This document shows positions 50,618-63,491 of a DNA stretch of 64,000 nucleotides, in pieces. The position numbers and the translations under genes were made by a program. The notes beneath the pieces were generated by a model. That model had not been told where the DNA came from, did no database searches, and saw only the letters and a list, made by a program, of their open reading frames with translations. Numbering within the stretch: position 1 is the first letter of the stretch; every line of letters begins with the position of its first letter. Source of the stretch: Chara braunii. Lineage: Eukaryota; Plantae; Charophyceae. The stretch is from positions 180,954 to 244,953 of the forward strand of contig BFEA01000015.1 in NCBI GenBank assembly GCA_003427395.1, given 5' to 3'.

Positions 50618-53189
50618 CTACATACGGCAGCCCAAAGAAACGCAGGTTTGCAGACCACAACAATTCCATTATCAGAGCATTCCCAAGCAGTCAGTGCCAA
50701 TCACCATTAGTATACACATACTTGCTAAGCTATCTTGATAACCACAGGGACATAATCGATGCTCTTCATAAAGCCCAGAAAAGAGGGAAGAGGAAGAGGA
50801 AGAGGAAGAGGAAGAGGAAGAGAAAGAGGAAGAGGAATAGTGTGAAACTAAACAAAAAACAGGAGAAAAAAACATGCATGCTGGCACATGACTGGCAGAA
50901 CGCTTCACAGGGATTGCTACGCCAGAGCCGTACCAGCAAAAACTTACATTCACCAAGTCCGTGCAGGAAAACCCAATCCTCAAACATTTGAAAGAACAGA
51001 AAAATCAGAAACCGAAGTTCACTGAAGTTCGTAAAGGCCGCAACAACAGCACATTCATAAAGAGCGACAGGTTTATTTTTCTTTCTAATTTTTCCTTTTA
51101 TCTCACTAGTGGTCCCAACACATCTCAAAGGTCACGGCAGTGTATTCATTGGCCATCGACGAGGGAAGCCTACCGGGGCAGGGGGAAGTGGGGGGGGGGA
51201 AGAAGGCAGATTAGCTTCAGTATGAATTTCGAGTACATGGTACATCCACTTCGGCAATTTTTCGTGGTCATATTTTTTTACAAAAAAGTCTGAAAAAAAA
51301 AGTCAGGGACATAGAGTGAGTGTCGATCTTTTTTTTGGGGGGGGAGACATCAACAAAATCAAATCCTGGATGACAAACAAATTCTGGCAGAAAAAGCACA
51401 GATTTTTTTTTTTTACAAGCTGGACTACCAACCGGGCGCAGAACCACCCATAACCCACCAGGATTGCCCGGACCGCCCACCTGACAGGCCTGCGCAGAAT
51501 CGAAAAGCGGCCTGTACCAGCCTGGCAGGACACCAAATGACCCTCAACTGGCCTCAGCCGACACACTCTGCATGAAAAACAAGACGGGAGTCCCAATTTG
51601 TTTTTCATGGATTCTGGGCGGTTGATCAACGAGGATCACCAACCAACATGTTGCTTTAGACCACGGATTTGTCATGCCCGCCCAATGCTGGGCATTCAAA
51701 AGGGCTTTGTCAGCTTTCCCTAGGGGCTGATCTAGTTCCCCTCGTCCTCTGCCGCACGTGGCCGCCCTTCCCCAACACCATCGTTCAAGAGGATGTACAT
51801 TTCTTTTGTTCTTCTTCTTCTGATGCATCTGCTTCGTCTGCTTCTCCTTCTCTTTCTGCTTTGCATCATCTTCTTCTTCCTCTTCGCATCTTCTTCGTCT
51901 TCTTCATCGCCTTCATAGCCTTCTAGGACACACCCTCCCATGGGGTGGGAGTAATCAATGCTGCTGTCTCAGGGTCCTTCGACCATAACCAAGGGATGCG
52001 TTGAGTGTGTACTCTATGCAAGCGACACTAGACCCGTTTTCCTGTCTTATTGATGAAGTTGATTTCTTTTCTTAAAAGAAAACAAAAAGGACGACGACTC
52101 AAGAATGACTCAACATCGCAGCTGGACGACAGCATCCAGAATTTATGTAATGCTGCAACACGACAGAGTGTCCTTACCAGTAGCACACCTATATAGCACG
52201 TGCTGAAGCTGAGTGTGAATAGTGCATCCACACGTGCACGACACCCACATCATCATGTGCTCCATTTCATCATCCGGTCCTTTCCCAAAGATTGCCCATC
52301 TCAAGCCAGAACCGCGAGAATTGGGTTGACTCTTCAAGAGAACACAGCTTGTGTCACACAAACACTCAAGCAAAACGTCCATTGAACTTCATTCTCACAG
52401 TAAGAAAATTGGACAGGTATGATAGGATTATGGGAAATTATCTTGCTTCCTGACTCACAGCCGACACAACTCACAGACTGGAAAATTGATGATGGCATTT
52501 AATTCCCAGTCAAAATAGTTGTGCAAGCCAGTGTACAAAACTGAGAAATGCTGACCAGTACCACCACATTATCAGAGCTCAACATTCGCTGCCCTCGCTA
52601 CTTGGCACACACTTCCTTCACCCTTCCACTCACACGCTCTCTCCTCTTTTTTTTTGGGGGGGGGTTTCGAAATGCCCCTCCGACTTCCATTTATTTGTGG
52701 TATACCCCTCTGTAATAACCCATGTAGTAAGCCTCGTTGAAACTGAGACCCATGCCGAACAGGGGTACAAGACCCCAGTCTAGACTCAGGGCCTGGATGA
52801 GGCACAGTTGACTAAAGTCAACTGTCGGAAATTCCAACAGTCAAAGTCCAAAGGTACCTAGCCCAGGCCGCAGGTCAAGCACACACACTTCTTTGTATGC
52901 AGGTACCCAGACAGCATCAGGTCCAAGGGAGAAGTCCACAACTGTACAATCCGGGCCCTCAGCTGTGATTCAATCTGGACGACTGTGGGAAAAGAACCCG
53001 AGGCCAGACAGCCTCGACATCTGTTACTTAAGGCTGGCCTCGCGGAAGTCAAGCATTCAGTCTTGATATGCTGCTTTGACGCTGGCTCGACTTTGACACG
53101 ACGCTAGCTTCATGCTGGTTGTGCACCAGCGTTGCGGAGGACGGCACGAGGTGGAGGCAGCATGCTGGCGTTTCTTCAGTGTGCCAGGC

Positions 53190-53490
53190 CATGCTGACAT
53201 GGCGCTGCCTTTGGTCTACGTGGCATGCTGATGTGGCGCTGCCTCTGGTCTACGCGGCATGCTGATGTGGCGCTGCCTCTGGTATACATGGCGCTGCCTC
53301 TGGTCTACATGGCATGCTGATGTGGCGCTGCCTTTGGTATATGTGGCGCTGCCTCTGGTCTACGTGGCATGCTGATGTGGCGCTGCCTCTGGTATACATG
53401 GTGCTGCCTCTGGTCTACATGGCATGCTGATGTGGCGCTGCCTTTTGTATATGTGGCGCTGCTATTGGTCTACATTGATGATGTGGCGAA
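53190..53490. repeat. Minisatellite (~21/34-bp units, GTGGCGCTGCCTCTGGTCTACGTGGCATGCTGAT)
   Basis: About 9 copies seen directly. Confidence 0.92.
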
Positions 53491-53954
53491 TGCCACCTGT
53501 TTCGATTGTTGACGTGGCATTGTCCACGCTGTCTACATGAGGTGACTGGTTGTGAGGAAGGAGGGAGATCGGGATCTGTGGCTGAAGAAGTACGGGTACT
53601 CACCTGCGTTTGAAGTCGATACTGGAATCTGCAATGTCTTCATAGTCTTCATGAGATTGAGTGCCACGTGGCACTTCTGTGTGTGATCAGGAATATACTT
53701 ATCATCATTGTTGATGTGGAGAGGGGAGAAGCCCGGAGAAGGAGAGGGTTCAGCAGGGATTATTGTGTGAATCTTCATCCTCTCCTTTGTCTGTTCCCCC
53801 CTCCAAACTATTCTATTGATGATAACGAGTTATTGTTTGATATATTTCTTCACGAGTTGGAGACTTTGTTGCAGATACTGACTCTACAGGTATTTGACAA
53901 CTTCTGGGTTTCTGTCAGACTGGGTTCATTACACCTCTGATGGCCAACTTACCC

Positions 53955-54827
53955 TGTCACGCCCCTCTGACAACGAGTGAAGTTTCCGAAAAACCCCTGT
54001 CGTCGTTTGGGCCTAAAATATATTCAATATGCCCCTACCAGTACCGGTCCAAATTTCCAGTATGCCAGGGTAGCTCCTTTCCCAGGGCCAGGGGAACGGC
54101 CGCAAGTGCCACCAACGGCCACAGGGGCACGCTGGGAAGTTTCACACCTCACTGACAGGGGTCTGCGGGAAACTTCAGAGTGGCCCCAGGTGCATGACAC
54201 GGTAAGTCGGCCGTTGGAGGGGCGTGCCGCAAACAAACGGAAATCGGAGGGGCATTTCAAATTTTTTCCCTTTTTTTTATATTGTGTGTCATCCTTGCAC
54301 AGAAGCCATGCTAATCTTCTCTGTATTGTAACTATTGTTCCAATTTTAACAGATGTCCCCAAAGGACACGCACTCTCTCCTCCTAGCGGATGAGCACTGG
54401 CAATATACCCACACACATTGCCCATTGACAGTCGGCAGCACTGCACAGCATATCTCACCATCAGGTGAGCGCCCAAAAGGGAACCGCTTTGGAACCAATT
54501 TGGAAGGAGACCACACTGGAGAAACTCAAATTCAGAAGCATAACGAACTCTCCTGGCCATAAGGCATATGGCGACCAGGCAATTAACAGGAATGACAGAG
54601 CAACGATCACACCGGCACAAAAATCGACGAAGTCAAAGTCTCTTGATGATGAAAAGCCCGCTTCTCACCTCCCACCAATCAAAACGGTAAGACTAGGCAG
54701 TTCTTTGCTCTCGCTGATCTCTCTGCCACGCTCACCTTCTCTATTAACTAAACTAGCATACACTAGAATGCTGCTCCAACCAATGCCTGAACAACCACAC
54801 TGGAACCATTATTTGCAGTCCCTTGTC

Positions 54828-54911
<84 letters not shown>

Positions 54912-55256
54912 CGCCCAGCTGGCGCCATCACTGCCTTCTCTCCCGGCTATGCTGGCTGGCTGGTGCTGGCTGCTGCCTCGCCTTGGAGATGTAACCTCCT
55001 GGCACTGCCTAGCCACAATGCGTGTTGGCTGCTCGAAGAGGAGGGGATCTGGACTGGCCATAAGGCCCTGCCTTCTAGTAGCTTTCGGAAGCTGCCGCAG
55101 CCTATCGGGATCCCACCTACCTCGGCAATACCCTGGCCCGGCCTCACCGGGCTTTCCCCAAAATCGGCTGGGCCATTTTCTTTGTAGGCCCGAGCTTAGG
55201 GCCTACTGGCCCTTGCCGTGAGTGGGGTTGCAGAGTCGCATTTTATTTTGCTGACA
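53955..55256 (-). mobile_element. Probable LTR (~1.3 kb) with a degenerate internal region to its left
   Basis: Termini TGTCA(CGCCCC)...TGACA. PBS-like TGGCCATCAGAG on the minus strand at ~53935-53946. No partner LTR or TSD found. Confidence 0.5.
54282..54367 (-). ncRNA. U6: U6 snRNA pseudogene (5' ~80 nt followed by an A-rich tract)
   Basis: The minus strand reads GTCCTTTGGGGACATCTGTTAAAATTGGAAC[AATAGTTAC]AATACAGAGAAGATTAGCATGGCTTCTGTGCAAGGATGACACACA. It retains the ACAGAGA box and AGC triad and has a 9-nt insertion. Confidence 0.92.
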
Positions 55257-55975
55257 TTTACCATGTTACCTAACTTGGCAATGCATGTGCACCTTCACAA
55301 CTCAAAGTACGGTTTTTCATGTTTTTCTCTTAGATTCGTTTTCTCTGATATAGGAATGGGTCTAGCCTTACCTTATTGCAGAGCTTCTTTTTCTTTTTCC
55401 TCATGCATAGTGAATATTTTTTTATCTCATGAAAGCATGGGTCAAGCCTTAGCTGCCTTACCTTCTCGCGAAGCTGGAGGTCTGAAGGGTTACTAGAATG
55501 CAAGTCTTGATGTTGAGCCAGTTGAGCCTGACTTAACCGCCTCAGCTCGGCTTGCTGATGACGCTCCCTGTTCTGTGCCTTCAATTGCATTATGTATTTT
55601 TGCAAGATGTCGGGCCTTGATCGTGCCCCTCGTCCACTTCCACGCATGCCTTCATCCTGAATAAAACAGGTGGACACATCAGAGCAGAATTAATAATAAT
55701 TCATTACTCTATCAATAACTCCTGGTCGGGTTCTCATCTTCAAGTCCACAGAAAGCCGGAATAAAATGCAGGAAACTATTTCGCGACATTACCCAGACAG
55801 GACTGTCATCGATCATTATTGTCCTCGCCCGCAATTATGACATGCAATTTCAAAATGAAAAGGAGGGAATTGACTTCTGCCATGCAAAACGAACATGCAC
55901 AGCGCCCGGAGAAGCAGTCAAATGGGGATTCCAAGATGCATTACATGCAACAAGTTGGGGAGGACAGGGAACACC

Positions 55976-56221
55976 AATCAGGGCTGCAAGATTCTCCATG
56001 TGGAAATTTTATGGGAAAATTGTCAAATTGGTGGTCATAGGATTGTGAACAGCCATCCTGGGAGAAGAGGAGGAGAGAGGTCAACGATGGATGACAAGAA
56101 TCAGGGCTGCAAGATTCTCCATGTGGAAATTTTATGGGAGAAGTGTCGAATTGGTGGTGGTAGGATTGTGAACAGCCATGCTGGGAGAAGACGAGGAGAG
56201 CGGCCCACGATGGATGACAAG
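55976..56221. repeat. ~123-bp tandem duplication
   Basis: aatcagggctgcaagattctccatgtgg...gatggatgacaag occurs twice. Confidence 0.92.
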
Positions 56222-56288
56222 ATGCTGTACATGGATGTTCTTTTGTTGCATACTTCAATGAGTATGGGCAGAACCAAAGATCAACCAA

Positions 56289-57391
56289 TGTAGGATGAGC
56301 ATATATGCAGCGGAAGTCTGATAAACGGACTGACTCACATAGACTGACTCACATAGCATCACTCCACACACATACAATCATGAGATGGTCGGGTCTGGGC
56401 CATTCATAGACGATGCCCAGATCCCGTACACGCATTCACAAATGAAGGGTGGGAGGAGAGACGAAGGAGGTGGGGAGGTAGACAACACCGATAGATAGAG
56501 TCTGATAGGTCTCCGATATGGTAGTCCAAATGTCATACAACAAGATCAAAATGTCGAGGCCCATAGGTCATCCATGTCGGAGATACAGAGTCCAAATGTA
56601 ACCGGTGTCCAACTGTGATGCAGCCGAGTATCAACCTCAACAATCTCCAAGTCTCCAATCAGGTAAGTACCACAGTCTCATATCACCGAAGTCCAACTCT
56701 GATCTCTGTCCAACTAGTATAAGTCTCTAGTCTGAAGAAGAAGAAGAAGAAGAAGAAGAAGAAGAAGAAGGAGGAGGAGGAGAGAGGGAGAGAGAGAGAG
56801 AGAGCTGACGAGGGAGGGAGGAGAGGTCCTCCGCTCCCAGGTACCTCAGGCGGCAATGGCCGCCGTGCTGGCTCAGTCGCCCTGCTGCTGCTCCGCTTGC
56901 CGCTGCGCTAATGCTGCGCTGCCGCTGCTGCTCCTTGCTCGCTCAGTCGCCCTGCTGCTGCTCCGCTTGCCGCTGCGCTAATGCTGCGCTGCCGCTGCTG
57001 CTCCTTGCTCACTCCTGCGCTAAACTTAGCGCATCAAAACAGCGCTCTGGCGCTGACCATACCGTACCGGTATAGTGCCGGTAGGTCGATCCCTCCAAGT
57101 GAGGCTGTACCGGTACTTTATACCANTGGGGCAGAGGCCGGCCTCATGCTGCGAGGCCTGGCCATGCCCTGAACCGTCCAGATGGACGGTTCAGCCCCAA
57201 CCGGCGGGCGGCAGCCTCAAGAGCGCCGCCAGGCCCAAACGATAATGCCGTTTGGGCCTGCCCGTCGGGTACTGGTCCAAGATCAGGCCCTGAGGGCCTG
57301 TAATACCCCAAGGTCGGGCCTTTAGGCCCTGATGTGTCCCTCCGGCCCTAAGTCAGGTCCGGTAGGACCCGTGTGCGTCGAAGATGTAACA
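56289..57391 (-). mobile_element. 3' LTR of the Ty3/gypsy element
   Basis: On the minus strand the PPT AAGAGGGGGAG (57404-57394) precedes TGTTACA at 57391. The candidate other end is ...ATCCTACA at 56289. Confidence 0.75.
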
Positions 57392-57402
57392 CACTCCCCC
57401 TC

Positions 57403-58252
57403 TTAAAAGACCGAGCTACCTGCAAGGGCGAAGTTGTCTGTCCGATACCGGTGTGGGTCGGGCGGGACGAGCTGCGTCCTTAGCAAGGCGTCGCTTCTCG
57501 TAGTCGGCGAAGATGAGGGGTGCAGAAGTCTGCAAATCTGTACTGGAGATCCACCGAGTGTCATCAGGCGCACATTGCTTGAATGTGACTTTGTACTGCC
57601 TTGGCTTGTTNCCATANTTGCGGTGCGTGATGACTCGGTCNACTTCCTGATGTCCGTCCATAGAAGGCGGATCCTGTGATCGACGTCCGGGGAACTCGTC
57701 AGCTGAAGGTGGCGTGTAGATGGCCAGCCGTGGAAGACCCGATGCACTGTTAGGTGTGGTGGAATGTTGATCACGAAGGAAGGACCTGCGAGGTCGTCTC
57801 CAACGGCAGAAGTGACTTCCCATGGTCCGAACCATTTCGGAAGGAGTTTGCGCGAAACGTCCTCCTCGAGCGCAAATTCCTCGGAGAGGACCCAAACAAG
57901 GTCTCCCTCGCGGAAAGGACATGGAAGTCGACGTCGGTTAGCCTGCTGCTGCATGCGGATCTGAGCCTTTTGCATATTTGCGCGGGCTTTGATCAGCAAG
58001 TTCTGGTACTTCCGAACGGAAGCGGGAGAGCAAGGGACGTCTATGTCGGCAGCCTGTGGCAAAAGGAGATCAGCGAAGATCCGTGCTTTCTCTCCACCAT
58101 GATGTAGCTCGAATGGTGTGACGCAGATCGCCGGGTGCACCGAAGTGTTGTAGGCGAACTCGATGTCGGGAAGCCGGTCAACCCAATCTTTCTGGTCGGG
58201 ACGGATGAGCGTACGCAACATCATCTGAGCAGTCTAGTGCGCTCGCTCCGTC
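57403..58252 (-). pseudogene. Integrase C-terminus plus chromodomain-like tail
   Basis: TERAH*TAQMMLR, DWVDRLPDIEFAYNTSVH, TPFEL, KLLPKWFGPW and VHRVFH, then DRVITHR..RQYKVTFK..DDTRW. Confidence 0.9.
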
Positions 58253-58812
58253 ACCGTTCTCAAACGGTGGCGCCACTTTCTTCTCGGCCGTCGGCGGTTC
58301 AAATGGAATACGGACAACAATCCGTTGACCTTTTATAAAACACAAGACACGGTCACTAGCACGATCGGTCGATGGATGTATTACATCGACCAGTTCGATT
58401 TTGACCCGCGTCACATTCCCGGTCCCGCCAATCGAGCTGCGGACGGCCTCTCACGACGGCCCGACTTTTCGCCATTGTGACCACAGCATTCGACCTCGAT
58501 GACGATCTGCAGCCGCATTTCGTCAAAGGCTACAAGTCCGATCGGACTTACTCTACGCTTTACGCAGAGCTTTCATCGGATCACCCGTCGGCTACCCACT
58601 ATCGGATTTCCGACGGGTTTCTTGTCCTTCACTCGAGAGGAAAGGACTTGTTAGTAGTGCCCCAAGATCGCATCTTACGGACTCGTCTTCTCGGCGAATT
58701 CCACAACGCACGACTTTCGGCACACCTTGGCGTGAACCGCACACTAGCACGCCTCCGCCAGCGTTTTCACTGGCCCGACGTCCTTGATGACGTCACGAGG
58801 TACATTGAGTCG
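58249..58812 (+). pseudogene. Inverted pol segment: RNase H C-terminus plus integrase zinc-binding (H2C2) N-part
   Basis: LKRWRHFLLGRRRFKWNTDNNPL...RWMYYIDQFDF..HIPGPANRAADGLSRRPD, then EFHNARLSAHLGVNRTLARLRQRFHWPDV. Confidence 0.9.
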
Positions 58813-59446
58813 ATGCTCGCCTCCCTTTCCTTACCCCTCAAGATGCTCATACGGAGTCTTACCCCTATAGGTGTCCCACGATGTGGTGCTTCCTCCCCTG
58901 CCAATCCCCTAATATCTCCCCACATACTCGTCCCCAGCGAGTGGTGGCTAATGGAGACCCAAAATTTCAGCGTTTTTTTAATGCTATTTATAAGAAACCC
59001 CGAAGGCATGTTTAACCACAATCTGCATAGAGCAGTTGATTATTCTTTACTGCAGATCTATCTGTTTTAGCCTAGTCAAGATAGGAAGAGAATTGTTTGT
59101 AGGAGTCTGAGATTATTTGCTGTTGCCGCTGGACAACTTCCTGACAAAGCTGGACCAAATAATCATTTTATTTTATATTATCCTATAAATCGGTTCGGTG
59201 CCATGCTGCAGTAGGTCCCAGCGAGGACAATAGTGATGACTGCATGCCACGTGTAGCTCATGATTGGAGAAGACAACAACTTGAAGGTTGAGAGACTAGA
59301 CCAGGATGATAGGAGACTTACCCGTAGACTTGCACTCAGTCGGCTGACCACTTTTCTGGTGTTAGAGCCAGAAGAGGAAAGGACACTGCAAAGAGAAGCC
59401 AGAGAGAGGAGAAACTTGCAGAGGGAAAGGGAAGCACCAGCCAATT

Positions 59447-61100
59447 TCTCCTCGCGTCGTCGAGAGTGTTGACGAGAGGCACCTTTTGGGAGAAATACTC
59501 AACCGGATGCCAACCGTCCTCGAGACACTGTTCCAACACCGCACCAATACCGTATCCCGAAGCGTCCGTAGTCACTTGGGTGGGTAGGGTGGGGTCGTAT
59601 ATACTGAGGGCAGGTGCGGCTTGGATGGCTGCCTTCAACGTAGTGAACGCGCCACGGGCTGCGTCGTCGAACTCGAAGGGCACCTTCGGGGACTGAAGTC
59701 TCGACAAAGGAGCGGCCACTTTCGAGTATGACTCGACGAATCGCTGATAATATCCAGCCAACCCCATGAAAGAGCGTACATCCGTCGAGCAACGGGGTTC
59801 CGGCCAATCCACAATGGCTTGGATCTTGTCCGCTAAGGGACTAATGCCTTTCGGCGTGACAAAATGACCCAAGTACTCAAGCTCTTGCTTGGCGAATTCG
59901 CACTTGTCGAGATTCGCTTTGTACTTGGCTAGTCACAAACGATTCAGAACAACACGAAGGTGTACAATGTGTTCGTCCAACGTCCTACTATAAACCAAGA
60001 TATCATCAAGGTAGATGAGGACGGTGCGATCGAGCAAGTCGCGAAACTCAGTCGTCATCGCTGCTTGAAACGTTGCGGGGGCATTGGTGAGTCCAAATGG
60101 CATGACGACCCACTCAAAATGCCCGTACCGTGTCTTGAACGCGGTCTTGTACCGATCTTGAGGCTGGATTTCAATCAGGTGGTAACCTGACTTCAAGTCC
60201 AACTTCGAGAAGTACGTCGCGCCGCCTAACTGCTCAAGGAGATCATCAATCCGAGGGAGAGGGCCGGCGTTCTTTACGGTTTGTGCGTTAAGTTTTCGAT
60301 AGTCGATGCATAACCGTAGGTCTTTGTTCTTCTTCCGGACGAAGAGAACAGGTGCACCGTATGGCGAGCAACTAGGGCGAATCCAGCCCTTGTCGAGAAG
60401 ATCATCGAGTTGTGCGCGAAGCACCTCGAGTTCCTCTTCGCTCATGCAGTAGATACATCCACACGGAGGGGCGGCGCCAGCCTCGAGAGTGATCCCGTGA
60501 CGTATGGGCCGATCCGAAACCGTTCCGGTGGGAGCCTCGAAGACGTCTCTATACTCGTCCAAGAGGTGAGAAATGCGTGGGTCCGGCGGTGACGCGGCTG
60601 GTCCGTCCGGCGAGGGGAGAGCATGCAAGAATACAAGGCCCATCTCCTCTACGTCATTCCGAGCAATGGCGTCGCGAATCCGCGCAACGGAAACCACGTA
60701 ACAAGCAATCGAAGTGTGAGGGGTCGCGATCGTACATGGGACTAACACTCCGTTCCGATCACGGATGTGAACGGTTCGGTCATGGAAGTTCACCGGATGA
60801 TCGGCGCTACGCAACCAAGACATGCCTAGAATCATGTCGAACTTGGTGTCGAGGATGTCAAAAGACACCTGCTCGCACGCAAGTGGCGCAAAGTAGACTG
60901 GAACGCCGTCAACGCATCGTTCAATTGACTTTTGCGTGCGGCCGTCCGCAAGTGTAACTTGCGTAGGTTGCGTCTTCCTTCGAACGCGCGGGCCATAAAG
61001 GCTTGACTCATGAAGTTGCGAGACGCTCCGCAATCAATCAAGGCACTACAGGTTGCCTTTCCGATTTGAATGCGGATATAGAGCAAAGGTGCGTCGGTTT
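59447..61100 (-). pseudogene. Ty3/gypsy pol: aspartic protease, reverse transcriptase and RNase H N-part
   Basis: [55 protein letters not shown] and VTTDASGYGIGAVL. Contains a stop and frameshift(s). Confidence 0.96.
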
Positions 61101-61583
61101 CGGCGTACCTTTGGGTGGCGTGCTCGCCGTCAATCTTCGCAAGATAGGAGCGGAGATCGNCAACCGCTACCCCGTCGTCCGTCAACGGAGCTGGTACTGT
61201 AGTGTGCAAATAGGAGCGTAGAGTTGCCATCAAGGCGTTGCAATGCGGCCTTGGCAAGGTTCCGGTCGAGGGTAGAGGCATCCAAGCGACGTCCTCTCTC
61301 GTGAGCGGGTCAAGCTCCTCAAGTCTTGACCACGCCGTCGACTCCTCGGAAATCAGTGGCGAACTGACCGGATCACTTGCCGACGGTGTACAGGCTGCGC
61401 ATACGCTAGGTAAGTGCACGTGGCTTGGCTGGTCTAATGGTGGTACCAGCTGGGCGGCATAATCCTCGTACGTGGCACGAGAATCAGCGACTAACGCATG
61501 CTCCCTGGTAGTGACATCGATTGCTAGCAAGGCAAGTGGGTCCGGCGGAGTGAGGAGAGACGTCGCCCCTCTCCTTGCGTAGC

Positions 61584-63360
61584 TCAGTTTCCCGAGTTTG
61601 CTGGACGGGGTACGCGTGCCTTGCCCTTTTCGGGGCATTGTGCGGTCACATGAGTGACGCCGTTGCACCAGAGGCAGTATCCGTACTTTTNACGAAGGTC
61701 ATAGACATCCTTGGTTATCTTGTANGNCGTCCATGGCTGCTGCCCAGTTCCCATCGATGCTGTCTCTTGTGTCGCCTTGTTCTTCCGAACTCTCTTGGGA
61801 CGCTTCGGCGGGAGCGCTGCTACAATTTCCTCGATCACTCGAGGATGCTGCTGCAGCGTGGAGATCGTCTGTTTCTTCGGAAATCACGGCATTGTTATGT
61901 GTCGGACGTTGATAGGCCTGCTTAGCCACATAGTGCGGCTGGGATTGTCTCTCGTTAGCGGCCTTGTCGTCCGTTTGGATGACCAAGTTNGCTCGATCCA
62001 GAATGGCCTGGAATGTGGTATAGTCGTACTCATTACCGAGTGTCGACCGCAATCCCGCGCATGATCGCGAGAAGAACTCGGATCGTTGATTTGGAAACGT
62101 CAAGTCGAAGCCTGGTGTGGTCACGATCTTTTGCCACTTCGTTGTCCAGTCTCGAGTTGGCATGTTCCCCTGAGAGCATGTGTACACCTCATTCATGGCC
62201 GCCTTCACGACGTTGCGGACCATGAACCGGGTGAACCATAGCTGCTCGAACTCCTTCCATGTGATGTGCATGTGGAGTTCGGCGATGGTGCACTTGTGGG
62301 TGGCCGCCAGGTGGTTCATCCATGCCTGCGCTCCTCCAATCAGTTGCAAATAGAGTGCCTTCAACATGTCGTTCGCCGGGACAGTGCGGCATGACGCTTC
62401 CGTGAGGAAACGTTGCCACCATGTCAAAGCGTCCGACTTGTTGTAGTCGTCGAACTTGCAGATGTCGAAGTGCGGCATCTTGAACGTCTTTGTAGCGGCG
62501 TCCGGTCTCGTCTGTAGCTTGGTGATGTCCGTCTTGATGGCGGCCACCGTGCTGCTGATCGTGTCCGGTCCGTTGAAAACACCTATGTCGCCGATGATGG
62601 TGACGACGTGATCGATGCGTTCGTTGATTTGCTTCGTCGCGTCCGTCGTGCAGCCTGGCGGTGCTGAGGCCTTGGCCTCAATGCCGTTGATGCGTGCGAT
62701 GGTAGAGTTCATCAGCTGTTATTGTTGCTGCTGCTGCATTGCTGCGTCGCGGACGCCGGCCGTTACAGCGGCCAGGTCTTGCTGGTACTGCTGTCTTTGC
62801 TGTCGTTCCCCGTGCAGGTGTGCCTGCAGTAGTTTGTTGTTCCACATTACTCCCCTCATTACGTTCAACATCACGGTAGCCAGGTTACTTCCCTTTGCCT
62901 CCGCCTGTGTCCGCTCCGCCTGCGTTTCCGTAGGCACAAAGATCATGCCTTGGAGTATCGTTGTCCACTGATACTCACTAGCAATCAGGGACTCCGTGCT
63001 GGCGGCATTCCGTCTGTTTCGTGCCGCTTCGTTAGTCTCAGCTGTCCGCTGAGCTTCGGCTGCCGCCTCATTGGCCAGCCGCTGACGTTCTGCCTCTGCT
63101 GCAGCCTGCTGAGCCTCGGCGGCGGCTACGGCGTCTGTAAATGCCTGTAGCCGCCCACGATAGTCAGCCAAAGGCTCGCTGGCCTCTCGGACCGGGCATG
63201 CGGGAAGATCTCCGGTGGTGTCTTGTACTGTCAATGTCGTACTTGATGCCGCTGGAGTCATCCGTCTGCTGAATCTCTTGGGTCTTGGAGGTACCGCAGG
63301 GCGGGCACGAACTGCGATCCTGGCACTGCGCCGTGGCAGTGCCCCGGTGTCCTGTTCCAT
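61584..63360 (-). pseudogene. Ty3/gypsy gag with zinc knuckle
   Basis: ORFs 62719-63483 and 61699-62712 are separated by a TAA. Capsid-like region (ITWKEFEQLWFTRF, CSQGN). Zinc knuckle CLWCNGVTHVTAQC. Confidence 0.85.
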
Positions 63361-63491
63361 CGACATCAGTCTGAACTGATGCGGTACTTGAGAGGTGCCG
63401 GTGTTCACAGAATACAGGGGGGTACGGAGAGTGGGAACAGGGGTAGAACAATCAAGCAGTATACATACAATCCCCTGTCCCACTGATGGAC

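Noticed and set aside
54282-54367. Functional U6 gene
   Set aside because: 9-nt insertion, substitutions in the stems, no intact 3' end or oligo-T terminator, and no USE element.
55330-55677. Possible LINE ORF2 linker remnant
   Set aside because: No diagnostic endonuclease or RT motif could be read.
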